Source of the DNA: a virus
Taxonomy: Duplodnaviria; Heunggongvirae; Uroviricota; Caudoviricetes
IMG/VR virus record: IMGVR_UViG_2751185961_000005
Coordinates: 1 to 9,987 of that record
Reading direction: 5' to 3' (one strand)
Length of the DNA stretch: 9,987 nt
The position numbers were made by a program, and so were the translations under genes. The notes beneath the pieces are model-generated. The model was given only the letters and a program-made list of their open reading frames with translations, had not been told where the DNA came from and ran no database searches. Shown here piece by piece: positions 1 through 6,941 of this stretch. Numbering within the stretch: the stretch's first letter is position 1; each line of letters begins with the position of its first letter.

Positions 1-520
1 AGCGATGGCGGTTATGGTTTGATTCGATTTCATCTACTGCTTCCTGCCCGATGCGGCTAATCAGTTCGACGCGATACGGAACGAGATTTCCGCTTTTGTG
101 CTGGTTGCACACCACGCATTGCTTGTGAATATTGCGTTCATCAAATCGGAGTTGAGGTGCCGCAGCAGTTGTCCGGTAATGTCCGGCATCCCACTGAGCA
201 GACGTGAGCGTTCCGCACGAGATACATGGTAAGTCGCGGTCTCTTTCTCTGATGAAGGCGTTTACGGCTTGTTGGGCTTGTTTAATCCAGTAACTGCGGG
301 GCTTTAAGGCGAGTTTTCGAATCTTCAGTTTATCTTTCTGTTTCTGCTCCTCTCGTCGTCGTTTCTTCTCTGCTGCTTTTTCCGCTTTTTCGCGTTCTTT
401 ACTTCGTCGTTCGAGTGCTAATTGAGTTCCGTGTTCCGGGCAGCACCACCACTGATTTGAGAATGCCGGGTGAAACCATTCTTTGCATATTTTGCATTTC
501 CTTCGCGCTGGTTTAGCCAT
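1..520 (-). CDS. ninG: NinG/Rap-like recombination protein, partial (C-terminus lies beyond the left window edge)
   Basis: Minus-strand translation from the ATG at 520-518 reads [172 protein letters not shown], near-colinear with lambda NinG as I recall it. Open to the window edge, so not in the supplied ORF track. Its ATG overlaps the upstream gene's stop (TAATG). Confidence 0.85.
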   Translation of the reverse strand, partial: MAKPARRKCKICKEWFHPAFSNQWWCCPEHGTQLALERRSKEREKAEKAAEKKRRREEQKQKDKLKIRKLALKPRSYWIKQAQQAVNAFIRERDRDLPCISCGTLTSAQWDAGHYRTTAAAPQLRFDERNIHKQCVVCNQHKSGNLVPYRVELISRIGQEAVDEIESNHNRHR

Positions 521-1248
521 TAAGCAGCCTCCCCTGTTACTTTCAGCATTCCGTTATCGAGCAGCTTTCTGGTCAGCCACTGTTGACCACGCCCGGTGAT
601 TTTTGTGGTGAACGATATCTGTATTCCGTGATTTGTGTTGACCGCTGTTTCTTTCACTGTGAAATAGCCGCGATCCATATATTCCTGCATTGGCACATTG
701 CGCCGGGCACCTGAAGTAATAAGGATTTTGTGATCGCGCATCCACGCAAACAGTTTGTTTGGACCAATTCCAACAACCTTTGCATAGTTTCCAATCAAAA
801 TTCCGCTGGCCTCGCCAACGCGATCGGCAAACTCAACTTTAGGTGCTGCGAGAGCAAGCTGTTTCTCCAGTTCAGCCTTCTGGTCTTCAAGGTCGGCCGC
901 AAGGCGCAATGCCTCAGAAAAGGTTTGTGGTATTTTCGCGGTTGCCCCTTCGAGTTCTCGCCAACGGTCAACAAGACGAGCGGTGAATTCCGGCGACAAT
1001 TGGGCAACAACGACAATACTGTCTCGCTTACCTTGTTCGCCTTCGAAGACGTAATGCTCGTACTGAACATTGAACCCTAAGTTATTGATTCTTTCGGAAA
1101 CCTCAATTTGAGGAAGCCGGATAACACCATTTTTAGCCAGCGTTTCGATGGTACGTTTCACATTGTCATGACGCTTACCAACCAACTCAGCGATTTCAAT
1201 GCTTGTCATTTTAATGACGTTGCTATTTATCAGCTCGTTCATTGTCAT
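520..1248 (-). CDS. Phage antirepressor, Rha-family N-terminal domain plus KilAC/Ant C-terminal domain
   Basis: 242-aa ORF. N-terminus [22 protein letters not shown] matches the Rha motif (recalled from family members); the C-terminal half has the Ant/KilAC-like segment [33 protein letters not shown] upstream of ATG at 1248; stop overlaps the ninG start. Confidence 0.8.
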   Translation of the reverse strand: MTMNELINSNVIKMTSIEIAELVGKRHDNVKRTIETLAKNGVIRLPQIEVSERINNLGFNVQYEHYVFEGEQGKRDSIVVVAQLSPEFTARLVDRWRELEGATAKIPQTFSEALRLAADLEDQKAELEKQLALAAPKVEFADRVGEASGILIGNYAKVVGIGPNKLFAWMRDHKILITSGARRNVPMQEYMDRGYFTVKETAVNTNHGIQISFTTKITGRGQQWLTRKLLDNGMLKVTGEAA

Positions 1249-1272
1249 GTCCTCTCATATTGAAAATTCAGC

Positions 1273-1300
1273 AATAAAAAACCCAGCCGAAGCTGGGTTT
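1273..1300 (-). terminator. Rho-independent terminator (7-bp GC-rich stem ACCCAGC/GCTGGGT, CGAA loop, T-run on minus strand)
   Basis: Plus strand reads AAAAAACCCAGCCGAAGCTGGGTTT; on the minus strand the hairpin is followed by TTTTTTATTG. Sits between the ORF6N-type gene and the antirepressor gene. Confidence 0.6.
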
Positions 1301-1316
1301 GTTAAGTTGTCAATTG

Positions 1317-2030
1317 TCAGTAACGATGCAGTGAAGGCGGCAACTCTTTGTTCTTAAGCCTTTCCCATGCCAGAAGGTTCGTCGGCCCGTCAGGCTCATA
1401 AATATCTATATCCCGCGTGTGATTAATTAAAACGCCCCTCGCCCTCCCGATGGTATACGAGAACTCATAGCCGTAGTCGTGGCATATGCCGGAATAGCCA
1501 GACTGAATCAGTTTTAATGCGGGATACAACTCACGGAACAATGCCTGTGAGCGGTTGGCATAATCCCACAGCCATACAAGGCTGTCTGTTTCTTTTGCGG
1601 AAAGCCCGTTGAGCTTCTTCTCTTGTTTGCCAGTATTTTTCTCGCACTGGCTGAAATAGCAGTCTTCCAGTTTTTCGAACACTTCCCACGCCTGATCAGT
1701 TTCGAGCATTTTTGCGTGACGGGCTGCGCCTCGTTCTGTCCAGAGGATGAGGGAGCGAACATTGCGGGCGATTTTCACAGAGTAACTTTCTGTTACCTCG
1801 CGGCTAACAGACTCGCTTAAAGATAGTCTGTGCTTGAACTCACGTAGTTCATTCCCTTCCAACTTAAAGAAATGTTTTCCCTGTACAAATCGCGCAGAGT
1901 TACGGGAAAAATTCATTTTTATATTGACTGTTTCAGTGCCATACAATTGCGCCAATAATTCTGTAGTAATTACGGGGATCTGGTTGTAGGCAATTGGGGA
2001 AAGAGTTTCAACGGAAATTTGAGTCGCCAT
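1317..2030 (-). CDS. ORF6N/KilA-N-like domain protein (N-terminal about 90 aa); C-terminal about 140 aa unassigned
   Basis: 237-aa ORF with RBS GAGGG 8 nt upstream of ATG at 2030. N-terminal segment [41 protein letters not shown] resembles the ORF6N pattern (LA.LYGV.T..LN..V.RN..RFP.DFMF.L) as I recall it. The C-terminal half has no motif I recognise. Confidence 0.55.
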   Translation of the reverse strand: MATQISVETLSPIAYNQIPVITTELLAQLYGTETVNIKMNFSRNSARFVQGKHFFKLEGNELREFKHRLSLSESVSREVTESYSVKIARNVRSLILWTERGAARHAKMLETDQAWEVFEKLEDCYFSQCEKNTGKQEKKLNGLSAKETDSLVWLWDYANRSQALFRELYPALKLIQSGYSGICHDYGYEFSYTIGRARGVLINHTRDIDIYEPDGPTNLLAWERLKNKELPPSLHRY

Positions 2031-2051
2031 GACAACGCCCTCTGGTTGATG

Positions 2052-2080
2052 AATTTAACTATCACCACCGTCAGGTGCAA
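2052..2080 (-). promoter_or_regulatory. Candidate sigma70 promoter for the ORF6N-type gene (-35 TTGCAC, 17-bp spacer, -10 TAAATT on minus strand)
   Basis: Minus-strand sequence TTGCAC-N17-TAAATT lies immediately downstream of a terminator and about 20 nt upstream of the RBS and ATG at 2030. Confidence 0.4.
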
Positions 2081-2190
2081 ATCTTTGGGTGGTGAGACGT
2101 ACAGGGTTTGCACTACCGGATCAACCAACCGGCGAGCCTTTCGGCTCCCCCATACGCCCCACCATAATTCAGATGTGCGTGTGCTTACGA

Positions 2191-2216
2191 CAACAAAAAA
2201 CACGCTCGCGGCGTGT
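2191..2216 (-). terminator. Rho-independent terminator (stem ACACGC/GCGTGT, 5-nt loop, T6 run on minus strand)
   Basis: Plus strand reads CAACAAAAAACACGCTCGCGGCGTGT; on the minus strand the hairpin is followed by TTTTTTGTTG. Lies downstream of ninE. Confidence 0.5.
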
Positions 2217-2308
2217 GTCTGTCGCGGTTGAATATCCGGGGTGCAAATCCCGACGCCAGATTTTGCTGGCGCGTGAGGAATATAGCCCCGAATAAATCAT
2301 CACGTCAA

Positions 2309-2491
2309 TCACCTTGTATTCCTCGCACGATGTCTTAGCCACCGGATATCCCACAGGTGAGCCGTGTAATTGAAGGTTTTAACGTCAGATTCTTTTGGGA
2401 TTGGCCTGGGTTTATTTCTGGAACGTTTCGTTGGAAGGTAATTGCAGTTTTCACAGATTATGTCGGTGAAACTTCGTCGCTGTCGCCTCAT
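2309..2491 (-). CDS. ninE: NinE protein
   Basis: Translation [60 protein letters not shown] is near-identical to lambda NinE as recalled. ATG at 2491 overlaps the stop of the upstream ORF (ATGA). An in-frame ATG at 2509 would extend it by 6 codons. Confidence 0.8.
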   Translation of the reverse strand: MRRQRRSFTDIICENCNYLPTKRSRNKPRPIPKESDVKTFNYTAHLWDIRWLRHRARNTR

Positions 2492-3090
2492 GCCACCCTG
2501 TCTCCCCATCTTGCTTTCATTGTTTCATTTGCAAATCGCCAGAATCTTCCTTTGTGATATGAGCTTTCGCCATTACAGCAACGACTAATTGACGAACTAT
2601 CAAATCCTTCTCTGACAGCATCCATAGCTGCTTCATAATAAACCTCCTCCCCAGTTTTCATGTCAGTAGAAATAACAGCTTTACTGGCAGGATGATCACC
2701 ACTAAATTTACCTAGCGATATAGGTATTCTTCCATTTTGTTTATATCCGTGCTTTGAGTTTTCAGAATGTGATACCCATTCAAGGTTTTCAGCCCTATTG
2801 TCATCTCTTTGCCCATTTTTGTGATTAACTACCAAGCCATCACAGAACCCTGTACAGAATGCTTTCGCAACTATCCTGTGGGCGCTGTATTTCTTACCGT
2901 ATACCTTTATTTGAAGATATCCTGTCGACTTGCACTTGAATGGTTTTACGCTAGTGCCATTAATTATTTTCTTATATGGCCTCTGTCTGGTTGATGTTAC
3001 TGTAATTTCCCTCGTAATAGACCTGAAATTTCCTTTATTGCTAACCTGATAAAATGGAATTCCTTCGATATCTACCCAAACCTCAATCAT
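2488..3090 (-). CDS. NUMOD4-motif HNH homing endonuclease, C-terminus fused in frame to the last about 9 codons of a lambda-like ninB
   Basis: 200-aa ORF with RBS GGAGG before ATG at 3090. N-terminal [17 protein letters not shown] is NUMOD4-like; HNH core reads [23 protein letters not shown]. The C-terminal tail [11 protein letters not shown] matches the lambda NinB C-terminus (EWKARWGDRAA, recalled). AT-rich relative to flanking genes. Confidence 0.75.
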   Translation of the reverse strand: MIEVWVDIEGIPFYQVSNKGNFRSITREITVTSTRQRPYKKIINGTSVKPFKCKSTGYLQIKVYGKKYSAHRIVAKAFCTGFCDGLVVNHKNGQRDDNRAENLEWVSHSENSKHGYKQNGRIPISLGKFSGDHPASKAVISTDMKTGEEVYYEAAMDAVREGFDSSSISRCCNGESSYHKGRFWRFANETMKARWGDRVA

Positions 3091-3980
3091 AATTCCTCCA
3101 TTCGCTAAGATTAATTGAGTTCATGGCACAATATGCTTCTATGTAGTCCATTATTTCGGATATTTTTTTTACAGATAGAGTCGCCGTACTCTCTCTGATG
3201 TTTATTAGCTCACCTTCTAACCCTGATATAATCTCAGGGTGCTGGTTGGTTGCAATCTGCCAACCAGAAACGAATAACCCCTTCCAAAACTCAATATTTC
3301 TTGCTTTTCCATGATATGTAGCCTTCTTACTTATTTCAGATAGCATCGCGTGAAGGCGTGCATTTTGCCGAATGCTGCGGTTGCGCTGCTTAAACTCGAC
3401 AATGATGTCTAAATCGCATGTCCTAAGATACTGAATGGCGTTATATCTTATAGATTCATTAGTAAGGTGATATTTGACACATTTCATTTTAATACCTCGC
3501 AAATTCGCCGAAACATTCATCCGCTTTATTTGCATATACTTTATGAGCTTCCTTTGGGTCATCGTAAAACCCAAGATTAACTTTCCTCTTGTTGATTACG
3601 ATTTGCGCCCTCCATTTTCTTGATTTCTTATCCCATGAAACGCCTTTATATCCTGATTTGTTATTTGCCTTTTTGTTTACGTTTTGGATGTTTTGAGATC
3701 GAGTTGCCAATCTAAGATTTGCTATACGATTGTCATCCCTAACGAGATTTATGTGGTCGATATCACTTTTTGGTAGACTGCCATTCATATAGAGCCACGC
3801 CAGCCTGTGTGCCTTATAAAGTTTTCCATCGACTTTTATTACCCAGTAGCCTTCGCTACTCTTATGCCCTGCGATATCCCCAGCATTCATTCTCTGGCAT
3901 TTCTTTACTTTCCATGTGAATTTCCCTGTTAACTCATCGTAGAGAAGAACTTCTTTAAGTCTCTGCTGAGTTATTTGATT
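2524..3980 (-). mobile_element. Homing-endonuclease cassette (HNH-AP2 gene, divergent ninB, NUMOD4-HNH gene) embedded between the 5' and 3' remnants of a lambda-like ninB
   Basis: Visibly AT-rich block bounded by in-frame junctions with lambda-like ninB codons on both sides. Two unrelated HNH families bracket a second, divergent ninB allele. Boundaries are approximate. Confidence 0.5.
3083..3487 (-). CDS. ninB: NinB/Orf-family recombination protein, divergent allele lacking the canonical last about 12 residues
   Basis: Starts at ATG 3487 (RBS GCGAGG 8 nt upstream), not the track's upstream Met. Protein MKCVKYHLTNESIRYNAIQYLRTCDLDIIVEFKQRNRSIRQNARLHAMLSE... aligns along its length with lambda NinB (MKKLTFEIRSPAHQQNAIHAVQQILPDPTKPIVVTIQERNRSLDQNRKLWA..., recalled). 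Ends SEWRNYD* where lambda continues ARLALEWKARWGDRAA. Confidence 0.7.
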   Translation of the reverse strand: MKCVKYHLTNESIRYNAIQYLRTCDLDIIVEFKQRNRSIRQNARLHAMLSEISKKATYHGKARNIEFWKGLFVSGWQIATNQHPEIISGLEGELINIRESTATLSVKKISEIMDYIEAYCAMNSINLSEWRNYD

Positions 3981-4076
3981 GATTGGTTTGGTTGGGTCTG
4001 GAAGAATTTGCTGGATAGCTTGAATGGCGTTCTGCTGATGGATGGGGCTTCTTAGTTCAAATGTTAGTTTCCTCAT
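3489..4076 (-). CDS. HNH endonuclease with C-terminal AP2-type DNA-binding domain, N-terminus fused in frame to the first about 32 codons of a lambda-like ninB
   Basis: Start taken at ATG 4076 (M28 of the track ORF; RBS-like GAGAGGA upstream). First 32 aa MRKLTFELRSPIHQQNAIQAIQQILPDPTKPI are about 27/32 identical to the lambda NinB N-terminus. They are followed by the HNH motif DIDHINLVRDDNRIANLRLATRSQN and an AP2-like segment SGYKGVSWDKKSRKWRAQIVINKRKVNLGFYDDPKEAHKVYANKA. Confidence 0.75.
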   Translation of the reverse strand: MRKLTFELRSPIHQQNAIQAIQQILPDPTKPINQITQQRLKEVLLYDELTGKFTWKVKKCQRMNAGDIAGHKSSEGYWVIKVDGKLYKAHRLAWLYMNGSLPKSDIDHINLVRDDNRIANLRLATRSQNIQNVNKKANNKSGYKGVSWDKKSRKWRAQIVINKRKVNLGFYDDPKEAHKVYANKADECFGEFARY

Positions 4077-4239
4077 CACCCTTAATCCTCTCGAAGTTCT
4101 TCTCGAAGTTTTTGGTGTCGAACACTGACCACCGACCATTATGAATGGCGTATGCACAGGTCTTGTTTTCGTCCTGATAAACTACCCTTACCTTGCGATA
4201 AAACCGTGGCTTAATCTCTCTGAATATTTGCTCGCTCAT
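4057..4239 (-). CDS. Hypothetical small protein (60 aa)
   Basis: RBS AAGGAG 5-6 nt upstream of ATG at 4239. Protein MSEQIFREIKPRFYRKVRVVYQDENKTCAYAIHNGRWSVFDTKNFEKNFERIKGDEETNI. The 3' end overlaps the ninB-type start by about 20 nt. No recognisable motif. Confidence 0.5.
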   Translation of the reverse strand: MSEQIFREIKPRFYRKVRVVYQDENKTCAYAIHNGRWSVFDTKNFEKNFERIKGDEETNI

Positions 4240-4249
4240 GCTCACTCCT

Positions 4250-4465
4250 TCACTTTAAATCCAGACTCCGGATAATTCTGTTGCGCTGAAACTCATTGTT
4301 GAGTTTGAACAACCGTCGAAGAACACGGTCACGCGGATAGCGTCGTGCGGCAGGTGAATGCTCATACAACTCATCAAGCGGCAAACTGGACGATGAACGA
4401 TACCGATACCAACGCACCAACTCTTCACGAAAATTAGCCCTGACAAGCTCAGCTATCGTACTCAT
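4250..4465 (-). CDS. Hypothetical small arginine-rich protein (71 aa)
   Basis: RBS GAGGAGG about 9 nt upstream of ATG at 4465; tightly packed against the next gene. Very basic (many Arg), suggesting nucleic-acid binding. No recognisable motif. Confidence 0.55.
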   Translation of the reverse strand: MSTIAELVRANFREELVRWYRYRSSSSLPLDELYEHSPAARRYPRDRVLRRLFKLNNEFQRNRIIRSLDLK

Positions 4466-4597
4466 TTCTTAAAACCTCCTCAAACGCATTCTGACGCATT
4501 TTTCATTCTCGCTGCTTATTGGCATGCCTTGCACGCGTTTACCTCGCTACAGAGCGATTGTGATGCCTTAAAAGCGATTTATTGAAGTGATATTTGC

Positions 4598-4876
4598 TTA
4601 ATCGAAATTCTTTTCTTTGATTCCTGCGGCCCTGATGGCTTTCATTACTGCAATTACCGTTTTGTCACGCCCATCCTCATAACCCATCGCATAAGCACCT
4701 TCTTCACCATCTTTCCAAAAGTCGTCATTCGATTCGGGCCAGTCGATATCCAGTTCAATAGCAGAGCGCGATGCCTGCCATATCACCCAGGCAAACTCTT
4801 TTAATTCATCGTCTCCCGTGAACTGGCTTTTGTCTTTTGACCACCAGTTTTCAAACTGTCGGTAGCTATCGTTCAC
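4598..4876 (-). CDS. Hypothetical small acidic Trp-rich protein (about 92 aa, GTG start)
   Basis: The track ORF begins at a TTG inside the terminator T-run. An in-frame GTG at 4876 is preceded by GGGGGAGAGGG (RBS). By eye about 21 Asp+Glu against about 12 Lys+Arg, and 6 Trp. Confidence 0.5.
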   Translation of the reverse strand: MNDSYRQFENWWSKDKSQFTGDDELKEFAWVIWQASRSAIELDIDWPESNDDFWKDGEEGAYAMGYEDGRDKTVIAVMKAIRAAGIKEKNFD

Positions 4877-4889
4877 TTCCCTCTCCCCC

Positions 4890-4921
4890 AAATAAAAAGG
4901 CCTGCGATTACCAGCAGGCCT
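4890..4921 (-). terminator. Rho-independent terminator, tR2-like position (8-bp stem AGGCCTGC/GCAGGCCT, 8-nt loop, T-run on minus strand)
   Basis: On the minus strand the hairpin is followed by TTTTTATTTG. Lies between the primase-helicase stop (4951) and the first small nin-proximal ORF. Confidence 0.55.
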
Positions 4922-4950
4922 GCTATCAGCTCAGTGATGTAGATGGTCAT

Positions 4951-6831
4951 TTAATACTCCGTCACGTTTTCCTGTCTCCACGCCTCGTCATATTCCGATT
5001 TCGGCATATTGGCGATGTAGCTATATGGAGATCCTGATTCAAGTTGCAGGAACTGGTGCGATTGCTCGTCAAGGAACAACGGGATACCACCTTCCCAACC
5101 TTCACCGTTACGTTGTTTTTCAAGCAACAAAACAGATGCCGGAGACACCAGTAGCTGTTCGTCCTTCTCTGACATCTGTTCACCGCTTTGAACTCTCTGT
5201 AACGCTCTCTCGCGAGCCTTGTTACGCCAGATGATAAAAAGGTTGTCTGTCAGGTCTGTTATCGCTCCAGAGCCTTTTACGTCCATTTTCCCGGTTGGTT
5301 TTTCTTCGCTGTCTCCTTTTCGCGAGTGAGTAACGAGAATGACGTGGGAGTTTGTTTTGTTTTTGAAGTCGCAAATCGAGTCAACAAACGCCTTCTGCCC
5401 GTTATAGTCATCGTCGCCTATGCCACATTTCATCAGGCTGTCGATGATGAATAACTGGATACCGTATCGGCGGCGAGCGTAGTCGAATATTTCGATCAGC
5501 CTGTCGGCTTTCGCCGTTCCGGTCAGGCCAAACACCCAAAGTCTTTCGTCATAAAATTTAAATGCAGAGTCAATTTCCAGCACTGGCGGCATCTTGCAGC
5601 ACGTCGCCTGACGGGTAAGGCGCTTAAGGAGAATACCAGGCTTCAGCTCAAGTGACGCGATGCACGTCTTCACACCCTGACGCATTGCCTCAAGTGCCAT
5701 ATGCCCGACAACCTCCGTTTTTCCGTGACCGTTCACACCATTGACCAGCGTCAACTCGGCCTCACGGAACTGGAATTTATCTGCCAGAGATTCCCACGGT
5801 GGATTAAACAGATACTGCTGCTTGCCGTAGAAAGCGTTGATAGTGTCCTGGTAAAACTCTCGCGCGCTGTAGAGTTCTTCAGGATCGAAGTAGGATGCCG
5901 TGCCGATGTACTGCCAGATTTCATCCTCGGTAACACCGTTCATCAGGCATTCGTTGATGTCTTTGTACGGCAGAGTAACAAGACGGCAACGATGTTCACC
6001 GAGTCGGCTTGCGATTTCCCTTGCGGCTTCACGACCAACATCATCAACATCCATCGAGATGAATATTTCCTCAAACCTGTCGAGGTTGTGATACTCAAAC
6101 TCAATCCACTGCTGCTTAGCGCCTTTCCCGCCACCAAACGGCACGGATAACGCCGAGATGCCGTATTGCGCATAGCTCATACAATCAATTTCGCCTTCGC
6201 AAAGTACAACCGCCCTCACGCCAGCGTCCAGAGCCTGCCATCCGAACAGACAAGGTTCGCAATCACCTTCTGCCATAATGACTTTCTTCCCGTCCGGGCG
6301 CTCAGTGCTGATTCGCTTGACCTGCAACAACTCACCATCGCGTTTGTACGGAAGCACCAGAGCATCCAGTTCCCGCTCTCCATTCCACACCTTGCCGCTG
6401 ACAACCTCGTAGCGCTTTACGACTTCTGGCGATATGCCACGCGATTGCAGGTACTCAAGATGGGATTCTGTTCTGGTAACGTAACTGGCGATTTTCTTGC
6501 GATCAGGTCTGGAGAATTTCTTCTCACGTCTGGCATCGAAATGGTGATCGTCATCCTTGATACCGAGAAATGCTTTCGCTTCCTGCATAGCCTGATGCAG
6601 GTTAATTCCACGACATGCCATCCACAAATCAAGCATGTCACCGCCGTCTCCCTCAGCGAAATCAGCCCATTTTTTCTTGCCGCTAAGGTTGACCTTAAGG
6701 CTGTTTCCCTTGTCACCGTTAACGTTACCGGCAACCCACTCATGCCCCTCTTTCTTGCCGTTTGGCAACAGGTGCGGAGCCACCCTGTCAACCTGCGCCC
6801 AAAGCAGGTCGCTCAGTTCACTTGGAGTCAT
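4951..6831 (-). CDS. Bifunctional DNA primase/helicase (Toprim domain plus DnaB-like/SF4 RecA-fold helicase)
   Basis: 626-aa ORF. Toprim-like acidic motif VVLCEGEIDCMS; Walker A GVNGHGKT; Walker B-like LFIIDSLMK. Position matches the lambda P slot downstream of the initiator. Confidence 0.85.
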   Translation of the reverse strand: MTPSELSDLLWAQVDRVAPHLLPNGKKEGHEWVAGNVNGDKGNSLKVNLSGKKKWADFAEGDGGDMLDLWMACRGINLHQAMQEAKAFLGIKDDDHHFDARREKKFSRPDRKKIASYVTRTESHLEYLQSRGISPEVVKRYEVVSGKVWNGERELDALVLPYKRDGELLQVKRISTERPDGKKVIMAEGDCEPCLFGWQALDAGVRAVVLCEGEIDCMSYAQYGISALSVPFGGGKGAKQQWIEFEYHNLDRFEEIFISMDVDDVGREAAREIASRLGEHRCRLVTLPYKDINECLMNGVTEDEIWQYIGTASYFDPEELYSAREFYQDTINAFYGKQQYLFNPPWESLADKFQFREAELTLVNGVNGHGKTEVVGHMALEAMRQGVKTCIASLELKPGILLKRLTRQATCCKMPPVLEIDSAFKFYDERLWVFGLTGTAKADRLIEIFDYARRRYGIQLFIIDSLMKCGIGDDDYNGQKAFVDSICDFKNKTNSHVILVTHSRKGDSEEKPTGKMDVKGSGAITDLTDNLFIIWRNKARERALQRVQSGEQMSEKDEQLLVSPASVLLLEKQRNGEGWEGGIPLFLDEQSHQFLQLESGSPYSYIANMPKSEYDEAWRQENVTEY

Positions 6832-6938
6832 TACGCTGACCTCAGATCGAGACGGTTAAACCAGAACTCAACGAATGCAGAACTAAGCCAGCCATGGTTA
6901 TAGCCAGCGATAAGTAACGATTTGATTCTGGATTTCAT
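6831..6938 (-). CDS. Candidate 35-codon micro-ORF between initiator and primase-helicase
   Basis: ATG at 6938 lies 3 nt after the initiator stop, with AGGTGA just upstream. Translation MKSRIKSLLIAGYNHGWLSSAFVEFWFNRLDLRSA. Its TAA overlaps the primase-helicase ATG (TAATG). Below the track size cut-off. Confidence 0.3.
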   Translation of the reverse strand: MKSRIKSLLIAGYNHGWLSSAFVEFWFNRLDLRSA

Positions 6939-6941
6939 GGT

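Noticed and set aside
730-1080. 116-aa + strand ORF and other short ORFs antisense to the antirepressor gene
   Set aside because: Antisense shadows of a gene with clear Rha/KilAC homology; no RBS or recognisable motifs.
2234-2252. tRNA-like T-loop resemblance (GGTGCAAATCC versus GGTTCGAATCC)
   Set aside because: The surrounding sequence cannot be folded into a cloverleaf with acceptor, D and anticodon arms. The motif is repeated elsewhere as a probable promoter or protein-binding element.
2019-2354. Small ORFs on both strands in the ninE to ORF6N intergenic region (60-77 aa)
   Set aside because: They overlap the terminator hairpin and promoter elements, lack RBSs, and their translations are Cys/Arg-rich low-complexity. 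Treated as non-coding.
3083-3574. Track start at 3574 for the divergent ninB ORF
   Set aside because: The first 29 codons overlap the HNH-AP2 gene in another frame. The NinB alignment starts at the Met at 3487, which has its own RBS just after the upstream stop.
2488-4076. Group I intron or intein explanation for the HNH genes inside ninB
   Set aside because: The middle ninB ORF is complete with its own RBS and N-terminus, and the flanking ninB remnants come from a different, lambda-like allele, so splicing is not needed to reconstruct a gene. No intein splice motifs are apparent. A free-standing homing-endonuclease mosaic fits better, though the intron hypothesis cannot be fully excluded without RNA data.
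3489-4157. Track start at 4157 for the HNH-AP2 ORF (extra 27 N-terminal residues)
   Set aside because: The NinB-homologous N-terminus begins exactly at the internal Met (ATG 4076) with an upstream purine-rich RBS. The upstream extension overlaps the preceding small gene and has no homology.
4466-4597. Possible promoter or terminator in the gap between the 71-aa and 92-aa ORFs (short palindrome GGCATGCC, 5-bp hairpin TCGCT-ACAG-AGCGA)
   Set aside because: No convincing -35/-10 pair and no T-run after the hairpin. Too weak to call.
6166-6903. 245-aa + strand ORF
   Set aside because: Lies entirely antisense to the well-supported primase-helicase gene, has no RBS, and its translation is low-complexity with no motif. 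Treated as a shadow ORF.
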